A stretch of DNA of 64,000 bases from Chthoniobacteraceae bacterium (GTDB lineage Bacteria; Verrucomicrobiota; Verrucomicrobiia; Chthoniobacterales; Chthoniobacteraceae). The stretch covers positions 1 to 64,000 of the forward strand of contig JBBCKI010000024.1 in NCBI GenBank assembly GCA_037190965.1, given 5' to 3'. Shown piece by piece: positions 55,013-64,000 of the stretch (position 1 is its first letter; the number at the start of each line of letters is the position of its first letter). The translations under genes were made by a program, and so were the position numbers. The notes under the pieces are model-generated. The model did no database searches. It was not told the origin of the DNA and saw only the letters and a program-made list of their open reading frames with translations.

Positions 55013-56338
55013 ATGATTTCTTACTCCGACTCCCAATCCATCATCACACAAAGCGAACGCTTCATTGCCGGAGGCGTGGTTTCGCTCAATCGCAAGACAT
55101 CGCCACATCTCGTTTTTGTCCGGGCCGAAGGCTCCCGCCTTGTCGATGCCGATGGTCGCACTTATGTGGACTACCACGCGGCGTTTGCCCCTCATCTGCT
55201 CGGTCATCATCATCCCGAAGTCACGGAAGCCGTGCATGCCGCCATTGATTGCGGTTGGTCGCTGATGGGCAGCGGGGCCACCCCGTGGGAAGGCAGGCTG
55301 GCGGAAATGCTTTGCCGTAGCGTCCCCAGTCTCGAGCGGGTCCAGATCCTCAACACCGGCAGCGAAGCCTCCAACCTGGCCATCCGGCTCTCCCGCGCCC
55401 ATACCGGGCGCGAGGATATCGTCACCACGCTCGGAGGCTACAACGGCTGGCATGATGAAGTGGGCCGCGCCGTGATGCCGCCGCTTTCCGAGATCGGCCC
55501 ACGGATCTCGCCGGGCGAATATCCGTTTTTGCCCATCTCGGCGGGGATTCCCGCCAGCACGCAACGGCGGATTCATACGGTGAATTTCAATGATCTCGAG
55601 TCGGTCGAATACGTCTTTCGCAATCATTCCATCGCCTGCCTGATCACGGAGCCGGTCCTGCAAAATATCGGCGTTGTGCTGCCGAAGCCCGGCTATCTCG
55701 AAGGGCTGCGAGCCTTGTGCGATCGCTATGGCGTCGTGCTCATCTTCGACGAAGTCAAAACGGGCTTCCGTTCGGCGCTGGGCGGCTACCAGTCGGTGGC
55801 GGGTGTGAGCCCCGACCTGTCGCTCTTTGGAAAGGCCGTGGCCAATGGCTACCCGCTCGGCGTGCTGGGCGGCCGGGCCGAGATCATGGATCTCTTTGGC
55901 GATCCCGACCCGAAGAAACGGGTCCTCGTGGCGGGCACTTACAACGGGCACCCGGTCAACGTCGCCGCGGCGATCGCCACGCTCGAAATCCTGAGCCGCG
56001 ATGGCGGCGCGATCTACACCCGGATCGAGGCAAAATCCGCACGCCTTCACAATGGACTCGAACAGCTCTTCCGGAATGCCGGTCGTGTAGCAACCATCGG
56101 GCGCAACGCTTCCGCCTTATGCCCTTATTTCATGGATCATGCCCCATCGGACTGGCATGACGCCCTGACGCATCACGATTTCGAGTTCGACCGGCGCTTT
56201 CGCCTGGGCCTCATTGAGGAAGGCATCTACTGCTTCCCGCTCCCCTGCAAACAGCTCTCCGTCAGCGCCGTGCATACCGACGCGGAGATTGAAAGCACGC
56301 TCGAAGTCGCGCAGAAGGTCTTGAATCGACTTTCGTGA
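55013..56338 (+). CDS. Class III aminotransferase, glutamate-1-semialdehyde aminomutase-like
   Basis: GYNGWHD, FDEVKTGFR, FGKAVANGYP, GTYNGHP. Confidence 0.88.
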   Translation: MISYSDSQSIITQSERFIAGGVVSLNRKTSPHLVFVRAEGSRLVDADGRTYVDYHAAFAPHLLGHHHPEVTEAVHAAIDCGWSLMGSGATPWEGRLAEMLCRSVPSLERVQILNTGSEASNLAIRLSRAHTGREDIVTTLGGYNGWHDEVGRAVMPPLSEIGPRISPGEYPFLPISAGIPASTQRRIHTVNFNDLESVEYVFRNHSIACLITEPVLQNIGVVLPKPGYLEGLRALCDRYGVVLIFDEVKTGFRSALGGYQSVAGVSPDLSLFGKAVANGYPLGVLGGRAEIMDLFGDPDPKKRVLVAGTYNGHPVNVAAAIATLEILSRDGGAIYTRIEAKSARLHNGLEQLFRNAGRVATIGRNASALCPYFMDHAPSDWHDALTHHDFEFDRRFRLGLIEEGIYCFPLPCKQLSVSAVHTDAEIESTLEVAQKVLNRLS

Positions 56339-56361
56339 CGTTTTCAAGGAGGCCTTGAATC

Positions 56362-57201
56362 ATGATCATCGACATCCATGCCCACTATTGGCCCGATGCG
56401 TCGGCCTTTACCGCCGATACGATGCTTCAGGCGGAAAGAGCGAGAGGCGGTCCCGTGAATCTGGTCACCGATTACGCCCACTACTGGGCCAACGCGCCCG
56501 GAGATACGAAGGTTATTTTGTTCGGAGGGAAGGCGAGATTGAGCGGATTCTGGCAGGAGGATGATTGCATCGCACGGATGGTGGCGTCAGACCCGGATCG
56601 CTATATTGGATTTCTTACCGTCGATCTCACCCAGCCGGGATGGCGGGAAGACCTGGAGCGCGGCCACCGGGAGCTGAAGCTTCGCGGCGTGAAGCTCCTC
56701 CCGATGTATGCCGGCTTCTACCCGAACGACCGGCGATTTGATGATTTCTGGAGTTACATCAGCCGTCACGGCCTGCCGGTACTCCTGCACACCGGCACCA
56801 CCTTCATTTCGCAAGCCCCGCTCGATTGTACGCTCCCCAGGCATCTCGATGAGGTTGCGATCCGCTTTCCGGAAGCGCGGATCATCATGGCTCACGCGGG
56901 CCATCCTTACGAAGGCGAAGCCATCGTCGTCGCGCGCAAGCACCCCAATGTCTATATCGACATCAGCGCCTTGCATTATCGGCCCTGGCAGTTTTTCCAC
57001 ACGTTGATGCTGGTGACAGACTACAAGGTCTGGCCCAAAGTCCTGTTCGGAACGGACTATCCATTCACCACCGTCAACGAAACGCTTGGCGGATTGGAAC
57101 GTCTTTGCAAAACGGAAATAGGGGGGTTCCAAATTCCCCGGGATGAGGTGGAGGCGATGATCCACCGCGATTCAATAAAGCTGCTGTTTCCGCCTTGCTG
57201 A
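56362..57201 (+). CDS. Amidohydrolase_2 family protein
   Basis: IDIHAH, LHTG, MAHAGHP, VLFGTDYP. Confidence 0.9.
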   Translation: MIIDIHAHYWPDASAFTADTMLQAERARGGPVNLVTDYAHYWANAPGDTKVILFGGKARLSGFWQEDDCIARMVASDPDRYIGFLTVDLTQPGWREDLERGHRELKLRGVKLLPMYAGFYPNDRRFDDFWSYISRHGLPVLLHTGTTFISQAPLDCTLPRHLDEVAIRFPEARIIMAHAGHPYEGEAIVVARKHPNVYIDISALHYRPWQFFHTLMLVTDYKVWPKVLFGTDYPFTTVNETLGGLERLCKTEIGGFQIPRDEVEAMIHRDSIKLLFPPC

Positions 57202-57276
57202 GATTGTCGGCATAAAGAGGCGGATCGGCGACCTTGCGCAATTCCACTTGCTCCAGCAAAATAGCCGCTCCACTCC

Positions 57277-58653
57277 ATGCCTGATCTGTTTCCCGAGAAT
57301 TCTCCTTCACCCTACGCAAAGCCGCGCATCCTTTCCGTCACGGAGATCACCCGCGCGCTCCGTGATCTGATCGAAGGGACGGTGGGGGAAGTCTGGGTTG
57401 AGGGCGAGGTGTGCAATCACCGCAAGCAGGCGTCGGGGCACCAATATTTTACGATCAAGGACGACCGATGCCAGCTCCCGTGTGTCCTCTTTTTTCGCCC
57501 GGGGTTGCGGCATGCGACGATCCCTCTTTCCGACGGGATGCTGGTGCACGTGCGCGGGATGATGACCGTCTACGAGGCGCGCGGGCAATACCAGATGAAC
57601 GTTTCGCTCGTCCAGGCTGCCGGGGAAGGGTTGCTTGCGGCGAAATTCGAGGCGCTCAAGCGCAAGCTTGAGGCGGAAGGGCTTTTCGATCCGGAGCGCA
57701 AGCGCCCACTCCCGCGCTTTCCCAAGGCCATCGGCATCGTGACCTCGCCCACCGGCGCGGCGGTGCGCGACATGATCAACATCCTGCATCGGCGGGCTCC
57801 GTGGATCCAGATTGTCATCAACCCCGTGCGCGTGCAGGGGAGCGGCGCGGCGGTGGAGATCGCGGCGGCCGTGGCAGAGTTCAACAGCGGCGCGTTGCCG
57901 CCGGTGGAAGTCATCGTGGTCGCGCGCGGCGGCGGCAGCGCGGAGGATCTCTGGGAGTTCAACGAGGAAGCGGTCGCACGCGCGGTTTATGCTTCCGAAA
58001 TTCCGGTGGTGTCTGCCGTGGGGCACGAGATCGATTTTTCCATCTCCGATTTTGTGGCCGACCTCCGCGCTCCCACCCCGAGCGCCGCCGCCGAGTTGAT
58101 CGCGCCCGATTCGGCAGAACTGGAACGCCGGTTCTTGCAGATCGCGGGAGCGCTGGAGCGGAATGTTCGGGATGCCGTGGCGCAGGAGCGCGCGCGCCTG
58201 GGATTTCTTTCGCGTAGCGTCCTTTTTCGCGAGCCCAAGGCGCAGCTTGAGGAGCTCATGCAGCAGCTCGATTTCGCCACCGCCTCGCTGAGCCGCGCGC
58301 TGGCGGACCGCCTGATTGCCGACCGGCAGCGCCTGGACGCGCTGGCTGGGCAGGTGCGGGAGCATCGCCCTGATCAGCTTTTGGCCATCCGCCGTCATCA
58401 ACTGGAGGCCGCCGCCGAGCGATTGCGGCGAGGGTTCGAGCAAAGACTGGAAGCCTCGCGCCAAAGACTGGATCAAGCGGGAAATTTGCTCCGCGTCCTC
58501 GGGCCGCAGGCCACGCTGGGGCGCGGATACAGTATTACGCGCACGGCGGAAGGGGAGATTGTGCGCTCGGTGGAGCAAGCACCGCCGGGGAGCGTATTGG
58601 TGACGCAATTAGCGGACGGCGAAGTAAAGTCGCGGGTGGGCGCAACGGAGTAG
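57277..58653 (+). CDS. xseA: Exodeoxyribonuclease VII large subunit
   Basis: VWVEGEV, SGHQYFT, TSPTGAAVRD, RGGGS.EDLW.FNEE, SAVGHE.D, PTPSAAAE. Confidence 0.97.
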   Translation: MPDLFPENSPSPYAKPRILSVTEITRALRDLIEGTVGEVWVEGEVCNHRKQASGHQYFTIKDDRCQLPCVLFFRPGLRHATIPLSDGMLVHVRGMMTVYEARGQYQMNVSLVQAAGEGLLAAKFEALKRKLEAEGLFDPERKRPLPRFPKAIGIVTSPTGAAVRDMINILHRRAPWIQIVINPVRVQGSGAAVEIAAAVAEFNSGALPPVEVIVVARGGGSAEDLWEFNEEAVARAVYASEIPVVSAVGHEIDFSISDFVADLRAPTPSAAAELIAPDSAELERRFLQIAGALERNVRDAVAQERARLGFLSRSVLFREPKAQLEELMQQLDFATASLSRALADRLIADRQRLDALAGQVREHRPDQLLAIRRHQLEAAAERLRRGFEQRLEASRQRLDQAGNLLRVLGPQATLGRGYSITRTAEGEIVRSVEQAPPGSVLVTQLADGEVKSRVGATE

Positions 58654-58951
58654 AACGAACCGCCAGCGTGCGGCAACACCGGTAGACCGCCCGCACTGCG
58701 AGCGGATATTGGCTCCGTCTATTGGCGGCATCGTAATATAACCAGCCCGTCCTGCGGGGGATCGAAGCCAAACGTGGCCCCCTCATTATCTCCCGTGCTC
58801 GGCGGCGCGAGCGGGCTATCTTGCCGGTCCTTCAAGCAACTCGTGGGGCAAGTCGGTGACTTTTCCGTCATACACTCCTCGTGGATTTGGAATGCGTTCC
58901 GGTGAAGATGCAATCCTTGCTGCCTGCGAGGAGCGATATGGAATGGAGGAT

Positions 58952-58987
58952 AAAAAAACCGCGCTTCTCGCAAAAGAAGCGCGGTTT
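58952..58987 (-). terminator. Rho-independent terminator
   Basis: aaaccgcgcttct/agaagcgcggttt stem with a U-run on the minus strand, downstream of the pilin-like gene. Confidence 0.8.
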
Positions 58988-59012
58988 AGAATGAATGTTC
59001 TAGATGCCCGAA

Positions 59013-59732
59013 TTAGGGAGCAAGAGGATCAAGAGGATTCAACACCAGGAAGTTGGTGGGAGTCAGCCAGTTGTTGCCAGCATTCTGAAGGAAAATATTG
59101 GCTTTGGTGGCACCACCGGCAGGGCCAAATACCTGAAATGTGGGATTGAGGCGCTCCACTTGTCCGCTGCCATCGACGCGGACGACGATCGCTGCTTTAC
59201 CTTTCCAAATGCCGCCCTTGACGCCTTCCGTCGCCGTGTAGCTTCCAGATGCCGGGGTTGCGAACCCGTCAGCAATCAAAGGCCAGCTTGGATTGGAGGT
59301 GTCGGTGAGGCCGCGAACGTAGGCGTAGCAATTTTCGCCACCCGTCAACCGACTGGCGAACGCGGTGTTTTCGTCGGGCGGGGCCGCATTGTTGAAGGCA
59401 GACTTGTTAACGTAGAAAATCTTTTCCTGGGTGATGTAATCGGGCACAAGGTTCTTGAAGGCAGCGTTGGAGTCTGCAACCAGTGCGCCGTAGTTGGCCC
59501 CGTTTGTCGCATCAGCTTCCTTCGACGGAAAGCTGCCATCCCAGTCCCCTGCAAACATCTTGAGGCCGAGATAGATCTGCTTAGCATTACTCAGATCTTT
59601 GGTCTGGTTGCCTTTCTCGATGACCTGGGTAAATGCCGGGAGCGCGATACCCGCCAGAATGGCGATGATCGAGATAACGACGAGGAGTTCGATAAGGGTA
59701 AAACCCTCACGAGGGGAAACACGTATTTTCAT
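59013..59732 (-). CDS. Prepilin-type (type II secretion/type IV pilin-like) protein
   Basis: GFTLIELLVVISIIAILAGIALP; C-terminal VVRVDGS. Confidence 0.88.
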   Translation of the reverse strand: MKIRVSPREGFTLIELLVVISIIAILAGIALPAFTQVIEKGNQTKDLSNAKQIYLGLKMFAGDWDGSFPSKEADATNGANYGALVADSNAAFKNLVPDYITQEKIFYVNKSAFNNAAPPDENTAFASRLTGGENCYAYVRGLTDTSNPSWPLIADGFATPASGSYTATEGVKGGIWKGKAAIVVRVDGSGQVERLNPTFQVFGPAGGATKANIFLQNAGNNWLTPTNFLVLNPLDPLAP

Positions 59733-59804
59733 AGGGGTTGGGTGAACAATCTGCTGAGGTTCAAGGTATCCAAGGAAAAGCAATTCGCAACTGAATTTTT
59801 TGGG

Positions 59805-62084
59805 TCAAAAGTTTTCTTTCTCGTACTCATCGTTCGTCGCAAGGCCAGCGGTTTCAACGATTTCGGGTGACGGAAGGGGATTTGGGCGACGCTTCAGCCC
59901 GACGAGCGCCAGCGGGGGGAGTCTGAGGGTGAGCGAGTGGCTTTTGCCCTGCCAGCCGATCGCTTCGGCGGCCTGGCCTCCGTAGTTGCCGATGTTCCCG
60001 CCTCCGTAGGTTTCCGCGTCGGTGTTGATGATTTCCTCATACCATCCCTCGCCGGGGACGCCGACGCGATACCAGTCGCGCACCACCGGGGTGGCGTTGA
60101 TGACGAAGACTAGCGTGGAGCCGTCGCTCCCCTTGCGGGCAAACGCGATCACGGAGTTATCGGAATCATGGAAATCGATCCACTCGAAGCCTTCATAGGA
60201 ATCATCGAGGCTCCAGAGTGCCGGTTCGGTTTTGTAGATCCAGTTGAGGTGTTGCACGAGGCGGCGAAGCCCGTCGTGCATGGGGCTGTCGAGCAAATGC
60301 CAGTCGAGGCTCTTCCCATGGTTCCATTCCTCCCATTGGCCGAACTCGCCTCCCTGGAAGAGCAGCTTCTTGCCGGGGTGTGCGTACATCCAGGCGTAGA
60401 ACATCCGCAGATTCGCAAATTTTTGCCACACATCGCCCGGCATCTTGTCGAGCAGCGACCGCTTGCCGTGGACCACCTCGTCATGGCTCAGGACGAGGAT
60501 AAAATGCTCATGGAAGGCGTAGAGGAGCGAAAACGTGATATCCCCCTGGTGGAACCGGCGGTGTACCGGGTCTTTCGCCATGTAGACGAGGAAGTCGTGC
60601 ATCCACCCCATGTTCCATTTGAACCCAAACCCGAGACCGCCCAGATAAGTCGGCCGCGAGACACCCGGCCACGCGGTCGATTCCTCCGCGATGGTCATGA
60701 TGCCGGGGAAGCGGTCATAGCAGACCTCGTTGAACTGCTTGAGAAACGCGATTGCCTCCAGATTCTCGCGCCCGCCGAAGCAATTGGGCACCCACTCGCC
60801 CGGCTGTCGGGAATAATCGAGGTACAGCATGGAGGCCACGGCATCCACGCGAAGCCCGTCGATGTGGTACTGCTCCATCCAGAAGAGCGCGTTGGCGATC
60901 AGGAAGTTGCGCACTTCATTGCGCCCGTAGTTGAAGATCAGCGTGCCCCAGTCGGCATGTTCGCCCTGGCGCGGGTCCGCGTGTTCGTAGAGATCGGTTC
61001 CGTCGAACTCCGCAAGCCCGTGAGCGTCCTTGGGGAAGTGCCCCGGCACCCAGTCGAGCAGCACGCCGATGCCGCGCTGGTGGCATTTGTCCACAAAATG
61101 GCGGAACTCATCGGGATTGCCGAAGCGGCTGGTGGGGGCGAAATACCCCGTGACCTGATAACCCCATGAGCCGTCGAACGGGTGCTCCGCCACCGGCATC
61201 AATTCGATGTGCGTGTAGCCCATTTCGCACACGTAATCGAGCAGCCGGTCCGCAAGCTCCAAATAGGAGAGAAACCGGTTGCCTTCCTCCGGCACGCGCG
61301 CCCAGGAGCCGAGGTGCACCTCATAGATGCTGACCGGGCGCTGGTGCTGATTGGACGCCAGCGCGGCGCGGGTTTCCATCCAATCTTCGTCGGCCCAATG
61401 GTAGCGATGAAGATCAAAAACGATCGAAGCCGTCTGGACCCCGTGCTGGGAATAAAAGGCATACGGGTCGCTCTTGAGGAAGAGATTGCCGTGGGCTCCC
61501 TTGATCTCGAACTTGTAGTGCGCCCCTTCGCCCACGCCGGGGATGAAGAGCTCCCAGACGCCATTGCCGGGATGCTTGCGCATCGGGTGGACCCGGCCGT
61601 CCCAATGGTTCCAGTCACCCACCACGCTCACGCGCTGGGCGTTTGGCGCCCAGACCGCGAAGGTGCACCCCTTCACGCCGCCGATCTCGCACAGGTGGGC
61701 GCCGAGTTTTTCGTAAATCTGCCAGTGATTTCCCTCGCCGAAGAGGTGGAGATCGAGCGGCCCAAGCAGTGCCTGAAACGAATACGGATCATGCGCCGTC
61801 CATTCCCCGCCGTTATGGCCCGTGATGCGGAGCTGGTATTGAAACCGCGCGTTTTCCCCGGGGATCGCCGCTTCGAAGACCCCGTCTGAGTGAATCCGCA
61901 CGGCGGGAAAACGCCGCGTTGGCTGGCAAACGTCCTCCACCGTCACCGCGCATGCGTCGGGTCGGAAGACCCGCACCACAAGTTGATCGCCTGCCTGATG
62001 CATCCCCAGCACCGAAAACGGATCGCCATGGTAAGCGCCGAGCAGGCTGTGGAGATTCCCTTCATCAATGGTCGGATGGTTCAT
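59805..62084 (-). CDS. glgB: 1,4-alpha-glucan branching enzyme
   Basis: [44 protein letters not shown]. Confidence 0.97.
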   Translation of the reverse strand: MNHPTIDEGNLHSLLGAYHGDPFSVLGMHQAGDQLVVRVFRPDACAVTVEDVCQPTRRFPAVRIHSDGVFEAAIPGENARFQYQLRITGHNGGEWTAHDPYSFQALLGPLDLHLFGEGNHWQIYEKLGAHLCEIGGVKGCTFAVWAPNAQRVSVVGDWNHWDGRVHPMRKHPGNGVWELFIPGVGEGAHYKFEIKGAHGNLFLKSDPYAFYSQHGVQTASIVFDLHRYHWADEDWMETRAALASNQHQRPVSIYEVHLGSWARVPEEGNRFLSYLELADRLLDYVCEMGYTHIELMPVAEHPFDGSWGYQVTGYFAPTSRFGNPDEFRHFVDKCHQRGIGVLLDWVPGHFPKDAHGLAEFDGTDLYEHADPRQGEHADWGTLIFNYGRNEVRNFLIANALFWMEQYHIDGLRVDAVASMLYLDYSRQPGEWVPNCFGGRENLEAIAFLKQFNEVCYDRFPGIMTIAEESTAWPGVSRPTYLGGLGFGFKWNMGWMHDFLVYMAKDPVHRRFHQGDITFSLLYAFHEHFILVLSHDEVVHGKRSLLDKMPGDVWQKFANLRMFYAWMYAHPGKKLLFQGGEFGQWEEWNHGKSLDWHLLDSPMHDGLRRLVQHLNWIYKTEPALWSLDDSYEGFEWIDFHDSDNSVIAFARKGSDGSTLVFVINATPVVRDWYRVGVPGEGWYEEIINTDAETYGGGNIGNYGGQAAEAIGWQGKSHSLTLRLPPLALVGLKRRPNPLPSPEIVETAGLATNDEYEKENF

Positions 62085-62144
62085 AATTGGAAGCGGGGGG
62101 GACGGAGGGGGGGCAAAACGGGTTTAGGAAATGGGGTGGTTTCT

Positions 62145-63263
62145 TCAGGGGTTCAGGAGCGCCAGGATCTTTGGCCAGATGATTTCCCACGAAAATCGCC
62201 GGGCAACGGCTCGGCGCGTTTGCAGAAAAGAAGAATGTTTCTCCAAAAACAGGAGAAAATGCCCCGAGAGCGTCGCCGGGTTCCCTGCGGGATCAAAAAA
62301 CTCCACATCAGGCAGCCGAAACGTGTTCATCGGCGGGAGATCGGCGCAAAAGACCGGCAGACGGTGCAGCACGCCTTCGAGCACAGGAAGCCCGAAGCCC
62401 TCTTGTTTGCTGGGAAACCAGAGTACATCACACAGAGTGTATAAAGCAGCGAGGTCAGCCTTTGCGACTGGAAAAAACTCGGAGAGAAAGAGAACGCTCC
62501 CGGAAAGGCCCAGGCGCTCCCGGAGTTGCAGCAATTCCCGATGATACGCGGCGGAATCCGGGTGGTGGCCCGTCGGGCGCCCCGGTGACGAGGAGTTTTG
62601 CCCGGCACCCGCGCGAGGCAAGCTCCGTGACAAGGCGCACCCCAAGCCCGATGTTCTTGCGTCGAACGATCCGCGCGGGCTGAAGCAGAAGCACGTCGGT
62701 ATCCAGCAACCGATGTTCGGCGGCAAAGGCCGTCACGCGGGGCGTCAGGTTCAAAAACCCGAGAGGATCGAGCCCGTTGGAAACCACCGCGTCCACCGGG
62801 CTGCCCGTGAGCTTCGAAAACTGGGCCGCCCGCCATTCAGAGATCGCCACCGTCCGTATCGCCGGGTTTCGCCGGGCAAGAAGCGTCCATGGCCAAAGGA
62901 GAGGAGGAGAGGGGACAGCTTCAACATCATCCTTGATATCGCTGCAGCCACTTTCCGCCTCGCGGAGAAGGTCATAATCGGGATTCGCGGCTGCCAGATC
63001 ATGCACCCAGTTCACCAGCCGTCCGGCAGGCAGTGTCTCCGCCAGCCACCGCCAATTCCCGCTCCGCCGCCGCCCTCAGCGGGCAGGAGAATGTCATCGT
63101 GGGAACAATCTCTCCGCGAACGCGGAGGTCCCTGCTCTCTCCTCCCGGTAAGCACCGTTACCTCATGCCCAGCATCGGCAAAAAGGCGGGCGTGTTGTTC
63201 GAGGATCAGTTCCACCCCTGCGATAGCGGGAACATGACGGGTATGGAGCAGGAGGATCTTCAT
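62145..63263 (-). pseudogene. GT4-family glycosyltransferase split over three frames
   Basis: N-terminal AGVELILEQHA; middle WVHDL...PARIVRRKNI; C-terminal PSKQEGFGLPVLE, each in a different frame. Confidence 0.7.
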
Positions 63264-63400
63264 GAGCGCGCACCTTCGAAGGGATTAAACCCGAAGCATC
63301 AGCCGCAGCAACCTCGAAACAAGAAGCCCTGATGCTCGGGTCGCTGTCGGGCGCCCGGTTTTCAGCTTGGCCCGGTGCAAGGCGAGCGATAAAAGAAGGC

Positions 63401-63613
63401 ATGAAACTGCTCGCCATTCTTGTGCTGGGAGGAGGCTTGGTCTGGTGGTTCCTTCTGCGTCCCGCTCCCGAATCGTCGACTGCCCCGTCCCCCCAGGCAC
63501 ATTCCTCGTCTCAGGCAGCCGGTTCCGAAACCAGCAATCCGCTCAAACGTCCCCTCGACAAAGCCCGCGAGGCGATGGAGGCCAAAAAAAAGCAGAGCGA
63601 AGGCGAATTTTAG
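63401..63613 (+). CDS. Small hypothetical membrane-anchored protein
   Basis: N-terminal hydrophobic helix preceded by an AAGAAGG RBS-like element. Confidence 0.55.
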   Translation: MKLLAILVLGGGLVWWFLLRPAPESSTAPSPQAHSSSQAAGSETSNPLKRPLDKAREAMEAKKKQSEGEF

Positions 63614-63745
63614 AACCAGAGGCAACCGAGGAGTAACGATTGCGAAGGCTTCGGTTAAGGTTGTCGGATTCAAAAAAAGCCCTGCGAAACCTTGTGAAAA
63701 AGCGCTTGAACCGGCGTCGCGCTTCGCCTACTTTCGTCGGCCTTC

Positions 63746-63817
63746 GCCAGGGTAGCTCAGGGGTAGAGCAGGGGACTCATAAGCCCTTGGTCGGGAGTTC
63801 AACTCTCCCCCCTGGCA
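63746..63817 (+). tRNA. tRNA with CAT anticodon (probably elongator Met; Ile2 not excluded)
   Basis: GCCAGGGTAGCTCAGGGGTAGAGCAGGGGACTCATAAGCCCTTGGTCGGGAGTTCAACTCTCCCCCCTGGCA cloverleaf. The paired G1-C72 argues against initiator tRNA. Confidence 0.92.
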
Positions 63818-63922
63818 CTTTTTTCTCTGGAAAAAGCAAAACCCACGCTTTTCCGGAGCCGAAAAAGGAAAAGGTTCTTGCCTGATCGAATAAACCGGAT
63901 GAAATAGGCCGCGCAAACTAGA

Positions 63923-64000
63923 GGAGAGGTGGCTGAGTGGTCGAAAGCAGCGCTTTGCTAAAGCGCCGTACCCCAAAAGGGTACCGGGGGTTCGAAGCCC
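63923..64000 (+). tRNA. tRNA-Ser(GCT), truncated by the window edge
   Basis: GGAGAGGTGGCTGAGTGG...GCGCT TTGCTAA AGCGC, long variable arm, GGTTCGAA. Confidence 0.92.

Noticed and set aside
55013..56338. Assigning the gene symbol hemL
   Set aside because: The family is clear, but the catabolic context (amidohydrolase, D-aminoacylase, GntR) makes true HemL function uncertain.
58654..58950. Possible small gene or sRNA between xseA and the pilin terminator
   Set aside because: The short ORFs have no recognisable features and there is no convincing set of helices, so support is insufficient.
8700..62500. Many long antisense/overlapping ORFs (e.g. 9770-10855 +, 22538-23638 -, 50263-51348 -, 57307-58608 -, 60168-61169 +)
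   Set aside because: Shadow ORFs opposite well-supported genes in GC-rich DNA, with no protein motifs.

Overview
This window looks verrucomicrobial (Chthoniobacter/Spartobacteria-like), judged from three PEP-CTERM proteins, a Verru_Chthon four-gene cassette and prepilin/H-X9-DG-type proteins. It has three parts. (1) 1-36002 is accessory catabolic DNA: regulators, surface proteins, DUF4838 proteins, aminotransferases, an IS integrase remnant and an Mrr-like restriction gene. (2) 36003-44641 is an 8.6-kb integrative element in tRNA-Leu(TAG). It carries a tyrosine integrase, a serine resolvase, a TIR/NDT-like gene, a frameshifted archaemetzincin, secreted proteins, an XRE regulator and a free-standing GIY-YIG endonuclease. 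(3) 44670-64000 is core-like DNA: pabB-like, tatA, xseA, glgB, a D-aminoacylase cluster, tRNA-Met and tRNA-Ser. The most striking feature is an ORF-free stretch of about 790 nt inside the element (about 41378-42164). It folds on the minus strand into more than a dozen helices with GNRA/CUUG tetraloops and G-U pairs, and ends in a terminator-like hairpin. This candidate giant ncRNA is head-to-head with the GIY-YIG gene, and both are preceded by a mirror-image TGTGTAAA motif. All family calls come from motif recognition by eye; no searches were run.
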